NCBI GenBank assembly: GCA_965649765.1
Contig: OZ287748.1
Coordinates: 92,752,001-92,816,000 of the forward strand
DNA from: Bispira polyomma
Lineage: Eukaryota
Direction: 5' to 3'
Length of the DNA: 64,000 bases
This document shows positions 38,069 through 51,999 of the stretch, in pieces. The notes under the pieces are model-generated. The model worked only from the letters and a program-made list of their open reading frames with translations, searched no databases and was not told the origin of the DNA. The position numbers were made by a program, and so were the translations under genes. How positions within the stretch are numbered: the stretch's first letter is position 1; each line of letters opens with the position of its first letter.

Positions 38069-38140
38069 GGGGGTATAGCTCAGTGGCAGAGCATTTGACT
38101 GCAGATCAAGAGGTCTCTGGTTCAACTCCAAATGCCCCCT
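38069..38140 (+). tRNA. tRNA-Cys(GCA), unit 22, T-stem mismatch type
   Basis: CCAAA variant. Confidence 0.8.
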
Positions 38141-38201
38141 TTTGTACCATTACGTGAAATATGTAAGCATGAAAATCATAATAAAACAACCCACACTGAA
38201 T

Positions 38202-38275
38202 AGGCTCTGCTGAGATTCGAACTCAGGATCTCCTGTTTACTAGACAGGCACTTTAACCAACTAAGCCACAGAGCC
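38202..38275 (-). tRNA. tRNA-Thr(AGT), unit 22
   Basis: major type. Confidence 0.9.
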
Positions 38276-39218
38276 AGGTATCACTACACTTAAATATTTG
38301 ATCCCACAATTCCTACTTGACAGTTCCTATTAACTATCTGCTCACTATTTCTCAAAGTCATAATTAATATTTAGATCTAAACTTTCACTTCAATAAATGT
38401 CCTGTCTCTACAAGCATTGCAAAGGCTAATAGGCAGTAAAGTGTAAAGCACACAGGCATCTATAATAGCCTAAAAATGCACTATTCATGAACCAGATTGA
38501 CCGGATCTAAAATCTAATCTATAATCCGTATTAGTTGGAACTCCAAAATGTGACAATGTGGCAAATATTTTTTTAGTAGAAGACATGTGTATTGATCATT
38601 GGCTGACTAGTATATGAACACAGAAAAACAATTTCATACACCACTGTAGATAGGTGTTTGCTTCAACTTTCTATGTCATTGTATTTTACAATTTTAATTC
38701 GAAAACACTTTCTATTTAGAACCTATTAATACAATGTTATGTTCCTCAATTATTTTCATGAGGATTTGTTGATGCATCTGTATTGGTATAGTTCACTAAC
38801 TGAAGAAGTTAATGAAACCGGTAAACATTTTATGAAGGATGAAATTTCACAAGATGTATCTATTTCTCATGCCAAGATCAACATTATAGTCAAATTGTAC
38901 GTTAAATATGTTCAGTTGACAATATATAATGATGCAGCCAGATTGGACAATACACTGACTGAAGAAGTTATTGAAATGGACAAACATTTTATGTAGGATG
39001 AAATTTTCCAGGACATATCTATTTCTTATGCAAAGACCAACCTTATAATCAAATTGTACATTAAATGAAATCATTTGACAATATATAATGATGAACTTTT
39101 GCAAGGGATGCTATTTCCGCATCAATATCTTTACAATAAGCAAGGACATCTTATTCATGGATGAAATTCAAGTATCTTTCCTAAATTGATGTAACTGATT
39201 GATGGACGATTAAAAGCA

Positions 39219-39290
39219 GGGGGTATAGCTCAGTGGCAGAGCATTTGACTGCAGATCAAGAGGTCTCTGGTTCAACTCCAGATGCCCCCT
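39219..39290 (+). tRNA. tRNA-Cys(GCA), unit 23
   Basis: major type. Confidence 0.9.
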
Positions 39291-39351
39291 TTTGTACCAT
39301 TACGTGAAATATGTAAGCATGAAAATCATAATAAAACAACCCACACTGAAT

Positions 39352-39425
39352 AGGCTCTGCTGAGATTCGAACTCAGGATCTCCTGTTTACTAGACAGGCA
39401 CTTTAACCAACTAAGCCACAGAGCC
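39352..39425 (-). tRNA. tRNA-Thr(AGT), unit 23
   Basis: major type. Confidence 0.9.
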
Positions 39426-40368
39426 AGGTATCACTACACTTAAATATTTGATCCCACAATTCCTACTTGATAGTTCCTATTAAATATCTGCTCACTATTT
39501 CTCAAAGTCATAATTAATATTTAGATCTAAACTTTCACTTCAATAAATGTCCTGTCTCTACAAGCATTGCAAAGGCTAATAGGCAGTAAAGTGTAAAGCA
39601 CACAGGCATCTATAATAGCCTAAAAATGCACTATTCATGAACCAGATTGACCGGATCTAAAATCTAATCTATAATCCGTATTAGTTGGAACTCCAAAATG
39701 TGACAATGTGGCAAATATTTTTTTAGTAGAAGACATGTGTATTGATCATTGGCTGACTAGTATATGAACACAGAAAAACAATTTCATACACCACTGTAGA
39801 TAGGTGTTTGCTACAACTTTCTATGTCATTGTATTTTACAATTTTAATTCGAAAACACTTTCTATTTAGAACCTATTAATACAATGTTATGTTCCTCAAT
39901 TATTTTCATGAGGATTTGTTGATGCATCTGTATTGGTATAGTTCACTAACTGAAGAAGTTAATGAAACCGGTAAACATTTTATGAAGGATGAAATTTCAC
40001 AAGATGTATCTATTTCTCATGCCAAGATCAACATTATAGTCAAATTGTACGTTAAATATGTTCAGTTGACAATATATAATGATGCAGCCAGATTGGACAA
40101 TACACTGACTGAAGAAGTTATTGAAATGGACAAACATTTTATGTAGGATGAAATTTTCCAGGACATATCTATTTCTTATGCAAAGACCAACCTTATAATC
40201 AAATTGTACATTAAATGAAATCATTTGACAATATATAATGATAAACTTTTGCAAGGGATGCTATTTCCGCATCAATATCTTTACAATAAGCAAGGACATC
40301 TTATTCATGGATGAAATTCAAGTATCTTTCCTAAATTGATGTAACTGATTGATGGACGATTAAAAGCA

Positions 40369-40440
40369 GGGGGTATAGCTCAGTGGCAGAGCATTTGACT
40401 GCAGATCAAGAGGTCTCTGGTTCAACTCCAGATGCCCCCT
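40369..40440 (+). tRNA. tRNA-Cys(GCA), unit 24
   Basis: major type. Confidence 0.9.
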
Positions 40441-40501
40441 TTTGTACCATTACGTGAAATATGTAAGCATGAAAATCATAATAAAACAACCCACACTGAA
40501 T

Positions 40502-40575
40502 AGGCTCTGCTGAGATTCGAACTCAGGATCTCCTGTTTACTAGACAGGCACTTTAACCAACTAAGCCACAGAGCC
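40502..40575 (-). tRNA. tRNA-Thr(AGT), unit 24
   Basis: major type. Confidence 0.9.
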
Positions 40576-41518
40576 AGGTATCACTACACTTAAATATTTG
40601 ATCCCACAATTCCTACTTGATAGTTCCTATTAAATATCTGCTCACTATTTCTCAAAGTCATAATTAATATTTAGATCTAAACTTTCACTTCAATAAATGT
40701 CCTGTCTCTACAAGCATTGCAAAGGCTAATAGGCAGTAAAGTGTAAAGCACACAGGCATCTATAATAGCCTAAAAATGCACTATTCATGAACCAGATTGA
40801 CCGGATCTAAAATCTAATCTATAATCCGTATTAGTTGGAACTCCAAAATGTGACAATGTGGCAAATATTTTTTTAGTAGAAGACATGTGTATTGATCATT
40901 GGCTGACTAGTATATGAACACAGAAAAACAATTTCATACACCACTGTAGATAGGTGTTTGCTACAACTTTCTATGTCATTGTATTTTACAATTTTAATTC
41001 GAAAACACTTTCTATTTAGAACCTATTAATACAATGTTATGTTCCTCAATTATTTTCATGAGGATTTGTTGATGCATCTGTATTGGTATAGTTCACTAAC
41101 TGAAGAAGTTAATGAAACCGGTAAACATTTTATGAAGGATGAAATTTCACAAGATGTATCTATTTCTCATGCCAAGATCAACATTATAGTCAAATTGTAC
41201 GTTAAATATGTTCAGTTGACAATATATAATGATGCAGCCAGATTGGACAATACACTGACTGAAGAAGTTATTGAAATGGACAAACATTTTATGTAGGATG
41301 AAATTTTCCAGGACATATCTATTTCTTATGCAAAGACCAACCTTATAATCAAATTGTACATTAAATGAAATCATTTGACAATATATAATGATGAACTTTT
41401 GCAAGGGATGCTATTTCCGCATCAATATCTTTACAATAAGCAAGGACATCTTATTCATGGATGAAATTCAAGTATCTTTCCTAAATTGATGTAACTGATT
41501 GATGGACGATTAAAAGCA

Positions 41519-41590
41519 GGGGGTATAGCTCAGTGGCAGAGCATTTGACTGCAGATCAAGAGGTCTCTGGTTCAACTCCAAATGCCCCCT
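41519..41590 (+). tRNA. tRNA-Cys(GCA), unit 25, T-stem mismatch type
   Basis: CCAAA variant. Confidence 0.8.
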
Positions 41591-41651
41591 TTTGTACCAT
41601 TACGTGAAATATGTAAGCATGAAAATCATAATAAAACAACCCACACTGAAT

Positions 41652-41689
41652 AGGCTCTGCTGAGATTCGACTAACTAAGCCACAGAGCC
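41652..41689 (-). pseudogene. tRNA-Thr pseudogene, net 36-bp deletion, unit 25
   Basis: same junction as unit 12. Confidence 0.93.
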
Positions 41690-42632
41690 AGGTATCACTA
41701 CACTTAAATATTTGATCCCACAATTCCTACTTGACAGTTCCTATTAAATATCTGCTCACTATTTCTCAAAGTCATAATTAATATTTAGATCTAAACTTTC
41801 ACTTCAATAAATGTCCTGTCTCTACAAGCATTGCAAAGGCTAATAGGCAGTAAAGTGTAAAGCACACAGGCATCTATAATAGCCTAAAAATGCACTATTC
41901 ATGAACCAGATTGACCGGATCTAAAATCTAATCTATAATCCGTATTAGTTGGAACTCCAAAATGTGACAATGTGGCAAATATTTTTTTAGTAGAAGACAT
42001 GTGTATTGATCATTGGCTGACTAGTATATGAACACAGAAAAACAATTTCATACACCACTGTAGATAGGTGTTTGCTTCAACTTTCTATGTCATTGTATTT
42101 TACAATTTTAATTCGAAAACACTTTCTATTTAGAACCTATTAATACAATGTTATGTTCCTCAATTATTTTCATGAGGATTTGTTGATGCATCAGTATTGG
42201 TATAGTTCACTAACTGAAGAAGTTAATGAAACCGGTAAACATTTTATGAAGGATGAAATTTCACAAGATGTATCTATTTCTCATGCCAAGATCAACATTA
42301 TAGTCAAATTGTACGTTAAATATGTTCAGTTGACAATATATAATGATGCAGCCAGATTGGACAATACACTGACTGAAGAAGTTATTGAAATGGACAAACA
42401 TTTTATGTAGGATGAAATTTTCCAGGACATATCTATTTCTTATGCAAAGACCAACCTTATAATCAAATTGTACATTAAATGAAATCATTTGACAATATAT
42501 AATGATGAACTTTTGCAAGGGATGCTATTTCCGCATCAATATCTTTACAATAAGCAAGGACATCTTATTCATGGATGAAATTCAAGTATCTTTCCTAAAT
42601 TGATGTAACTGATTGATGGACGATTAAAAGCA

Positions 42633-42704
42633 GGGGGTATAGCTCAGTGGCAGAGCATTTGACTGCAGATCAAGAGGTCTCTGGTTCAACTCCAGATGCC
42701 CCCT
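42633..42704 (+). tRNA. tRNA-Cys(GCA), unit 26
   Basis: major type. Confidence 0.9.
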
Positions 42705-42765
42705 TTTGTACCATTACGTGAAATATGTAAGCATGAAAATCATAATAAAACAACCCACACTGAAT

Positions 42766-42839
42766 AGGCTCTGCTGAGATTCGAACTCAGGATCTCCTGT
42801 TTACTAGACAGGCACTTTAACCAACTAAGCCACAGAGCC
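42766..42839 (-). tRNA. tRNA-Thr(AGT), unit 26
   Basis: major type. Confidence 0.9.
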
Positions 42840-43782
42840 AGGTATCACTACACTTAAATATTTGATCCCACAATTCCTACTTGATAGTTCCTATTAAATA
42901 TCTGCTCACTATTTCTCAAAGTCATAATTAATATTTAGATCTAAACTTTCACTTCAATAAATGTCCTGTCTCTACAAGCATTGCAAAGGCTAATAGGCAG
43001 TAAAGTGTAAAGCACACAGGCATCTATAATAGCCTAAAAATGCACTATTCATGAACCAGATTGACCGGATCTAAAATCTAATCTATAATCCGTATTAGTT
43101 GGAACTCCAAAATGTGACAATGTGGCAAATATTTTTTTAGTAGAAGACATGTGTATTGATCATTGGCTGACTAGTATATGAACACAGAAAAACAATTTCA
43201 TACACCACTGTAGATAGGTGTTTGCTACAACTTTCTATGTCATTGTATTTTACAATTTTAATTCGAAAACACTTTCTATTTAGAACCTATTAATACAATG
43301 TTATGTTCCTCAATTATTTTCATGAGGATTTGTTGATGCATCTGTATTGGTATAGTTCACTAACTGAAGAAGTTAATGAAACCGGTAAACATTTTATGAA
43401 GGATGAAATTTCACAAGATGTATCTATTTCTCATGCCAAGATCAACATTATAGTCAAATTGTACGTTAAATATGTTCAGTTGACAATATATAATGATGCA
43501 GCCAGATTGGACAATACACTGACTGAAGAAGTTATTGAAATGGACAAACATTTTATGTAGGATGAAATTTTCCAGGACATATCTATTTCTTATGCAAAGA
43601 CCAACCTTATAATCAAATTGTACATTAAATGAAATCATTTGACAATATATAATGATGAACTTTTGCAAGGGATGCTATTTCCGCATCAATATCTTTACAA
43701 TAAGCAAGGACATCTTATTCATGGATGAAATTCAAGTATCTTTCCTAAATTGATGTAACTGATTGATGGACGATTAAAAGCA

Positions 43783-43854
43783 GGGGGTATAGCTCAGTGG
43801 CAGAGCATTTGACTGCAGATCAAGAGGTCTCTGGTTCAACTCCAGATGCCCCCT
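43783..43854 (+). tRNA. tRNA-Cys(GCA), unit 27
   Basis: major type. Confidence 0.9.
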
Positions 43855-43914
43855 TTTGTACCATTACGTGAAATATGTAAGCATGAAAATCATAATAAAC
43901 AACCCACACTGAAT

Positions 43915-43988
43915 AGGCTCTGCTGAGATTCGAACTCAGGATCTCCTGTTTACTAGACAGGCACTTTAACCAACTAAGCCACAGAGCC
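43915..43988 (-). tRNA. tRNA-Thr(AGT), unit 27
   Basis: major type. Confidence 0.9.
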
Positions 43989-44931
43989 AGGTATCACTAC
44001 ACTTAAATATTTGATCCCACAATTCCTACTTGATAGTTCCTATTAAATATCTGCTCACTATTTCTCAAAGTCATAATTAATATTTAGATCTAAACTTTCA
44101 CTTCAATAAATGTCCTGTCTCTACAAGCATTGCAAAGGCTAATAGGCAGTAAAGTGTAAAGCACACAGGCATCTATAATAGCCTAAAAATGCACTATTCA
44201 TGAACCAGATTGACCGGATCTAAAATCTAATCTATAATCCGTATTAGTTGGAACTCCAAAATGTGACAATGTGGCAAATATTTTTTTAGTAGAAGACATG
44301 TGTATTGATCATTGGCTGACTAGTATATGAACACAGAAAAACAATTTCATACACCACTGTAGATAGGTGTTTGCTACAACTTTCTATGTCATTGTATTTT
44401 ACAATTTTAATTCGAAAACACTTTCTATTTAGAACCTATTAATACAATGTTATGTTCCTCAATTATTTTCATGAGGATTTGTTGATGCATCTGTATTGGT
44501 ATAGTTCACTAACTGAAGAAGTTAATGAAACCGGTAAACATTTTATGAAGGATGAAATTTCACAAGATGTATCTATTTCTCATGCCAAGATCAACATTAT
44601 AGTCAAATTGTACGTTAAATATGTTCAGTTGACAATATATAATGATGCAGCCAGATTGGACAATACACTGACTGAAGAAGTTATTGAAATGGACAAACAT
44701 TTTATGTAGGATGAAATTTTCCAGGACATATCTATTTCTTATGCAAAGACCAACCTTATAATCAAATTGTACATTAAATGAAATCATTTGACAATATATA
44801 ATGATGAACTTTTGCAAGGGATGCTATTTCCGCATCAATATCTTTACAATAAGCAAGGACATCTTATTCATGGATGAAATTCAAGTATCTTTCCTAAATT
44901 GATGTAACTGATTGATGGACGATTAAAAGCA

Positions 44932-45003
44932 GGGGGTATAGCTCAGTGGCAGAGCATTTGACTGCAGATCAAGAGGTCTCTGGTTCAACTCCAAATGCCC
45001 CCT
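44932..45003 (+). tRNA. tRNA-Cys(GCA), unit 28, T-stem mismatch type
   Basis: CCAAA variant. Confidence 0.8.
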
Positions 45004-45064
45004 TTTGTACCATTACGTGAAATATGTAAGCATGAAAATCATAATAAAACAACCCACACTGAAT

Positions 45065-45138
45065 AGGCTCTGCTGAGATTCGAACTCAGGATCTCCTGTT
45101 TACTAGACAGGCACTTTAACCAACTAAGCCACAGAGCC
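45065..45138 (-). tRNA. tRNA-Thr(AGT), unit 28
   Basis: major type. Confidence 0.9.
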
Positions 45139-46081
45139 AGGTATCACTACACTTAAATATTTGATCCCACAATTCCTACTTGACAGTTCCTATTAAATAT
45201 CTGCTCACTATTTCTCAAAGTCATAATTAATATTTAGATCTAAACTTTCACTTCAATAAATGTCCTGTCTCTACAAGCATTGCAAAGGCTAATAGGCAGT
45301 AAAGTGTAAAGCACACAGGCATCTATAATAGCCTAAAAATGCACTATTCATGAACCAGATTGACCGGATCTAAAATCTAATCTATAATCCGTATTAGTTG
45401 GAACTCCAAAATGTGACAATGTGGCAAATATTTTTTTAGTAGAAGACATGTGTATTGATCATTGGCTGACTAGTATATGAACACAGAAAAACAATTTCAT
45501 ACACCACTGTAGATAGGTGTTTGCTTCAACTTTCTATGTCATTGTATTTTACAATTTTAATTCGAAAACACTTTCTATTTAGAACCTATTAATACAATGT
45601 TATGTTCCTCAATTATTTTCATGAGGATTTGTTGATGCATCTGTATTGGTATAGTTCACTAACTGAAGAAGTTAATGAAACCGGTAAACATTTTATGAAG
45701 GATGAAATTTCACAAGATGTATCTATTTCTCATGCCAAGATCAACATTATAGTCAAATTGTACGTTAAATATGTTCAGTTGACAATATATAATGATGCAG
45801 CCAGATTGGACAATACACTGACTGAAGAAGTTATTGAAATGGACAAACATTTTATGTAGGATGAAATTTTCCAGGACATATCTATTTCTTATGCAAAGAC
45901 CAACCTTATAATCAAATTGTACATTAAATGAAATCATTTGACAATATATAATGATGAACTTTTGCAAGGGATGCTATTTCCGCATCAATATCTTTACAAT
46001 AAGCAAGGACATCTTATTCATGGATGAAATTCAAGTATCTTTCCTAAATTGATGTAACTGATTGATGGACGATTAAAAGCA

Positions 46082-46153
46082 GGGGGTATAGCTCAGTGGC
46101 AGAGCATTTGACTGCAGATCAAGAGGTCTCTGGTTCAACTCCAGATGCCCCCT
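46082..46153 (+). tRNA. tRNA-Cys(GCA), unit 29
   Basis: major type. Confidence 0.9.
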
Positions 46154-46214
46154 TTTGTACCATTACGTGAAATATGTAAGCATGAAAATCATAATAAAAC
46201 AACCCACACTGAAT

Positions 46215-46288
46215 AGGCTCTGCCGAGATTCGAACTCAGGATCTCCTGTTTACTAGACAGGCACTTTAACCAACTAAGCCAAAGAGCC
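46215..46288 (-). tRNA. tRNA-Thr(AGT), unit 29, G7T acceptor mismatch
   Basis: same variant as unit 16. Confidence 0.75.
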
Positions 46289-47231
46289 AGGTATCACTAC
46301 ACTTAAATATTTGATCCCACAATTCCTACTTGACAGTTCCTATTAAATATCTGCTCACTATTTCTCAAAGTCATAATTAATATTTAGATCTAAACTTTCA
46401 CTTCAATAAATGTCCTGTCTCTACAAGCATTGCAAAGGCTAATAGGCAGTAAAGTGTAAAGCACACAGGCATCTATAATAGCCTAAAAATGCACTATTCA
46501 TGAACCAGATTGACCGGATCTAAAATCTAATCTATAATCCGTATTAGTTGGAACTCCAAAATGTGACAATGTGGCAAATATTTTTTTAGTAGAAGACATG
46601 TGTATTGATCATTGGCTGACTAGTATATGAACACAGAAAAACAATTTCATACACCACTGTAGATAGGTGTTTGCTTCAACTTTCTATGTCATTGTATTTT
46701 ACAATTTTAATTCGAAAACACTTTCTATTTAGAACCTATTAATACAATGTTATGTTCCTCAATTATTTTCATGAGGATTTGTTGATGCATCTGTATTGGT
46801 ATAGTTCACTAACTGAAGAAGTTAATGAAACCGGTAAACATTTTATGAAGGATGAAATTTCACAAGATGTATCAATTTCTCATGCCAAGATCAACATTAT
46901 AGTCAAATTGTACGTTAAATATGTTCAGTTGACAATATATAATGATGCAGCCAGATTGGACAATACACTGACTGAAGAAGTTATTGAAATGGACAAACAT
47001 TTTATGTAGGATGAAATTTTCCAGGACATATCTATTTCTTATGCAAAGACCAACCTTATAATCAAATTGTACATTAAATGAAATCATTTGACAATATATA
47101 ATGATGAACTTTTGCAAGGGATGCTATTTCCGCATCAATATCTTTACAATAAGCAAGGACATCTTATTCATGGATGAAATTCAAGTATCTTTCCTAAATT
47201 GATGTAACTGATTGATGGACGATTAAAAGCA

Positions 47232-47303
47232 GGGGGTATAGCTCAGTGGCAGAGCATTTGACTGCAGATCAAGAGGTCTCTGGTTCAACTCCAGATGCCC
47301 CCT
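47232..47303 (+). tRNA. tRNA-Cys(GCA), unit 30
   Basis: major type. Confidence 0.9.
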
Positions 47304-47364
47304 TTTGTACCATTACGTGAAATATGTAAGCATGAAAATCATAATAAAACAACCCACACTGAAT

Positions 47365-47438
47365 AGGCTCTGCCGAGATTCGAACTCAGGATCTCCTGTT
47401 TACTAGACAGGCACTTTAACCAACTAAGCCACAGAGCC
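47365..47438 (-). tRNA. tRNA-Thr(AGT), unit 30, T-stem wobble
   Basis: same variant as unit 17. Confidence 0.87.
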
Positions 47439-48382
47439 AGGTATCACTACACTTAAATATTTGATCCCACAATTCCTACTTGACAGTTCCTATTAAATAT
47501 CTGCTCACTATTTCTCAAAGTCATAATTAATATTTAGATCTAAACTTTCACTTCAATAAATGTCCTGTCTCTACAAGCATTGCAAAGGCTAATAGGCAGT
47601 AAAGTGTAAAGCACACAGGCATCTATAATAGCCTAAAAATGCACTATTCATGAACCAGATTGACCGGATCTAAAATCTAATCTATAATCCGTATTAGTTG
47701 GAACTCCAAAATGTGACAATGTGGCAAATATTTTTTTAGTAGAAGACATGTGTATTGATCATTGGCTGACTAGTATATGAACACAGAAAAACAATTTCAT
47801 ACACCACTGTAGATAGGTGTTTGCTTCAACTTTCTATGTCATTGTATTTTACAATTTTAATTCGAAAACACTTTCTATTTAGAACCTATTAATACAATGT
47901 TATGTTCCTCAATTATTGTCATGAGGATTTGTTGATGCATCTGTATTGGTATAGTTCACTAACTGAAGAAGTTAATGAAACCGGTAAACATTTTATGAAG
48001 GATGAAATTTCACAAGATGTATCTATTTCTCATGCCAAGATCAACATTATAGTCAAATTGTACGTTAAATATGTTCAGTTGACAATATATAATGATGCAG
48101 CCAGATTGGACAATACACTGACTGAAGAAGTTATTGAAATGGACAAACATTTTATGTAGGATGAAATTTTCCAGGACATATCTATTTCTTATGCAAAGAC
48201 CAACCTTATAATCAAATTGTACATTAAATGAAATCATTTGACAATATATAATGATGAACTTTTGCAAGGGATGCTATTTCCGCATCAATATCTTTACAAT
48301 AAGCAAGGACATCTTATTCATGGATGAAATTCAAGTATCTTTTCTAAATTGATGTAACTGATTGATGGACGATTAAAAGCAT

Positions 48383-48454
48383 GGGGGTATAGCTCAGTGG
48401 CAGAGCATTTCACTGCAGGTGAAGAGGTCTCTGGTTCAACTCCGGATGCCCTTT
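48383..48454 (+). tRNA. tRNA-Cys(GCA), unit 31, anticodon-stem swap type
   Basis: same variant as unit 18. Confidence 0.7.
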
Positions 48455-48514
48455 TTGTACCATTACGTGAAATATGTAAGCAGGAAAATCATAATAAAAC
48501 AACCCAGACTTAAT

Positions 48515-48588
48515 AGGCTCTGCTGAGATTCGAACTCAGGATCTCCTGTTTACTAGACAGGCACTTTAACCAACTAAGCCACAGAGCC
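48515..48588 (-). tRNA. tRNA-Thr(AGT), unit 31
   Basis: major type. Confidence 0.9.
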
Positions 48589-49529
48589 AGGTATCACTAC
48601 ACTTAAATATTTGATCCCACAATTCCTACTTGATAGTTCCTATTAAATATCTGCTCACTTTCTCAAAGTCATAATTAATATTTAGATCTAAACTTTCATT
48701 TCAATAAATGTCCTGTCTCTACAAGCATTGCAAAGGCTAATAGGCAGTAAAGTGTAAAGCACACAGGCATCTATAATAGCCTAAAAATGCACTATTCATG
48801 AACCAGATTGACCGGATCTAAAATCTAATCTATAATCCGTATTAGTTGGAACTCTAAAATGTGACAATGTGGCAAATAATTTTTTGGTAGAAGACATGTG
48901 TATTGATCATTGGCTGACTAGTATATGAACACAGAAAAACAATTTCATAGACCACTGTAGATAGGTGTTTGCTTCAACTTTCTATGTCATGGTATTTTAC
49001 AATTTCAATTCGAAAACACTTTCTATTTAGAACCTATTAATACAATGTTATGTTCCTCAATTATTTTCATGAGGATTTGTTGATGCATCTGTATTGGTAT
49101 AGTTCACTAACTGAAGAAGTTAATGAAACCGGTAAACATTTTATGAAGGATGAAATTTCACAAGATGTATCTATTTCTCATGCCAAGATCAACATTATAG
49201 TCAAATTGTACGTTAAATATGTTCAGTTGACAATATATAATGATGCAGCCAGATTGGACAATACACTGACTGAAGAAGTTATTGAAATGGACAAACATTT
49301 TATGTAGGATGAAATTTTCCAGGACATATCTATTTCTTATGCAAAGACCAACCTTATAATCAAATTGTACATTAAATGAAATCATTTGACAATATATAAT
49401 GATGAACTTTTGCAAGGGATGCTATTTCCGCATCAATATCTTTACAATAAGCAAGGACATCTTATTCATGGATGAAATTCAAGTATCTTTCCTAAATTGA
49501 TGTAACTGATTGATGGACGATTAAAAGCA

Positions 49530-49601
49530 GGGGGTATAGCTCAGTGGCAGAGCATTTGACTGCAGATCAAGAGGTCTCTGGTTCAACTCCAAATGCCCCC
49601 T
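49530..49601 (+). tRNA. tRNA-Cys(GCA), unit 32, T-stem mismatch type
   Basis: CCAAA variant. Confidence 0.8.
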
Positions 49602-49662
49602 TTTGTACCATTACGTGAAATATGTAAGCATGAAAATCATAATAAAACAACCCACACTGAAT

Positions 49663-49700
49663 AGGCTCTGCTGAGATTCGACTAACTAAGCCACAGAGCC
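49663..49700 (-). pseudogene. tRNA-Thr pseudogene, net 36-bp deletion, unit 32
   Basis: same junction as unit 12. Confidence 0.93.
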
Positions 49701-50643
49701 AGGTATCACTACACTTAAATATTTGATCCCACAATTCCTACTTGACAGTTCCTATTAAATATCTGCTCACTATTTCTCAAAGTCATAATTAATATTTAGA
49801 TCTAAACTTTCACTTCAATAAATGTCCTGTCTCTACAAGCATTGCAAAGGCTAATAGGCAGTAAAGTGTAAAGCACACAGGCATCTATAATAGCCTAAAA
49901 ATGCACTATTCATGAACCAGATTGACCGGATCTAAAATCTAATCTATAATCCGTATTAGTTGGAACTCCAAAATGTGACAATGTGGCAAATATTTTTTTA
50001 GTAGAAGACATGTGTATTGATCATTGGCTGACTAGTATATGAACACAGAAAAACAATTTCATACACCACTGTAGATAGGTGTTTGCTTCAACTTTCTATG
50101 TCATTGTATTTTACAATTTTAATTCGAAAACACTTTCTATTTAGAACCTATTAATACAATGTTATGTTCCTCAATTATTTTCATGAGGATTTGTTGATGC
50201 ATCAGTATTGGTATAGTTCACTAACTGAAGAAGTTAATGAAACCGGTAAACATTTTATGAAGGATGAAATTTCACAAGATGTATCTATTTCTCATGCCAA
50301 GATCAACATTATAGTCAAATTGTACGTTAAATATGTTCAGTTGACAATATATAATGATGCAGCCAGATTGGACAATACACTGACTGAAGAAGTTATTGAA
50401 ATGGACAAACATTTTATGTAGGATGAAATTTTCCAGGACATATCTATTTCTTATGCAAAGACCAACCTTATAATCAAATTGTACATTAAATGAAATCATT
50501 TGACAATATATAATGATGAACTTTTGCAAGGGATGCTATTTCCGCATCAATATCTTTACAATAAGCAAGGACATCTTATTCATGGATGAAATTCAAGTAT
50601 CTTTCCTAAATTGATGTAACTGATTGATGGACGATTAAAAGCA

Positions 50644-50715
50644 GGGGGTATAGCTCAGTGGCAGAGCATTTGACTGCAGATCAAGAGGTCTCTGGTTCAA
50701 CTCCAGATGCCCCCT
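50644..50715 (+). tRNA. tRNA-Cys(GCA), unit 33
   Basis: major type. Confidence 0.9.
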
Positions 50716-50776
50716 TTTGTACCATTACGTGAAATATGTAAGCATGAAAATCATAATAAAACAACCCACACTGAAT

Positions 50777-50850
50777 AGGCTCTGCTGAGATTCGAACTCA
50801 GGATCTCCTGTTTACTAGACAGGCACTTTAACCAACTAAGCCACAGAGCC
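50777..50850 (-). tRNA. tRNA-Thr(AGT), unit 33
   Basis: major type. Confidence 0.9.
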
Positions 50851-51793
50851 AGGTATCACTACACTTAAATATTTGATCCCACAATTCCTACTTGATAGTT
50901 CCTATTAAATATCTGCTCACTATTTCTCAAAGTCATAATTAATATTTAGATCTAAACTTTCACTTCAATAAATGTCCTGTCTCTACAAGCATTGCAAAGG
51001 CTAATAGGCAGTAAAGTGTAAAGCACACAGGCATCTATAATAGCCTAAAAATGCACTATTCATGAACCAGATTGACCGGATCTAAAATCTAATCTATAAT
51101 CCGTATTAGTTGGAACTCCAAAATGTGACAATGTGGCAAATATTTTTTTAGTAGAAGACATGTGTATTGATCATTGGCTGACTAGTATATGAACACAGAA
51201 AAACAATTTCATACACCACTGTAGATAGGTGTTTGCTACAACTTTCTATGTCATTGTATTTTACAATTTTAATTCGAAAACACTTTCTATTTAGAACCTA
51301 TTAATACAATGTTATGTTCCTCAATTATTTTCATGAGGATTTGTTGATGCATCTGTATTGGTATAGTTCACTAACTGAAGAAGTTAATGAAACCGGTAAA
51401 CATTTTATGAAGGATGAAATTTCACAAGATGTATCTATTTCTCATGCCAAGATCAACATTATAGTCAAATTGTACGTTAAATATGTTCAGTTGACAATAT
51501 ATAATGATGCAGCCAGATTGGACAATACACTGACTGAAGAAGTTATTGAAATGGACAAACATTTTATGTAGGATGAAATTTTCCAGGACATATCTATTTC
51601 TTATGCAAAGACCAACCTTATAATCAAATTGTACATTAAATGAAATCATTTGACAATATATAATGATGAACTTTTGCAAGGGATGCTATTTCCGCATCAA
51701 TATCTTTACAATAAGCAAGGACATCTTATTCATGGATGAAATTCAAGTATCTTTCCTAAATTGATGTAACTGATTGATGGACGATTAAAAGCA

Positions 51794-51865
51794 GGGGGTA
51801 TAGCTCAGTGGCAGAGCATTTGACTGCAGATCAAGAGGTCTCTGGTTCAACTCCAGATGCCCCCT
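51794..51865 (+). tRNA. tRNA-Cys(GCA), unit 34
   Basis: major type. Confidence 0.9.
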
Positions 51866-51925
51866 TTTGTACCATTACGTGAAATATGTAAGCATGAAAA
51901 TCATAATAAACAACCCACACTGAAT

Positions 51926-51999
51926 AGGCTCTGCTGAGATTCGAACTCAGGATCTCCTGTTTACTAGACAGGCACTTTAACCAACTAAGCCACAGAGCC
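51926..51999 (-). tRNA. tRNA-Thr(AGT), unit 34
   Basis: major type. Confidence 0.9.
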
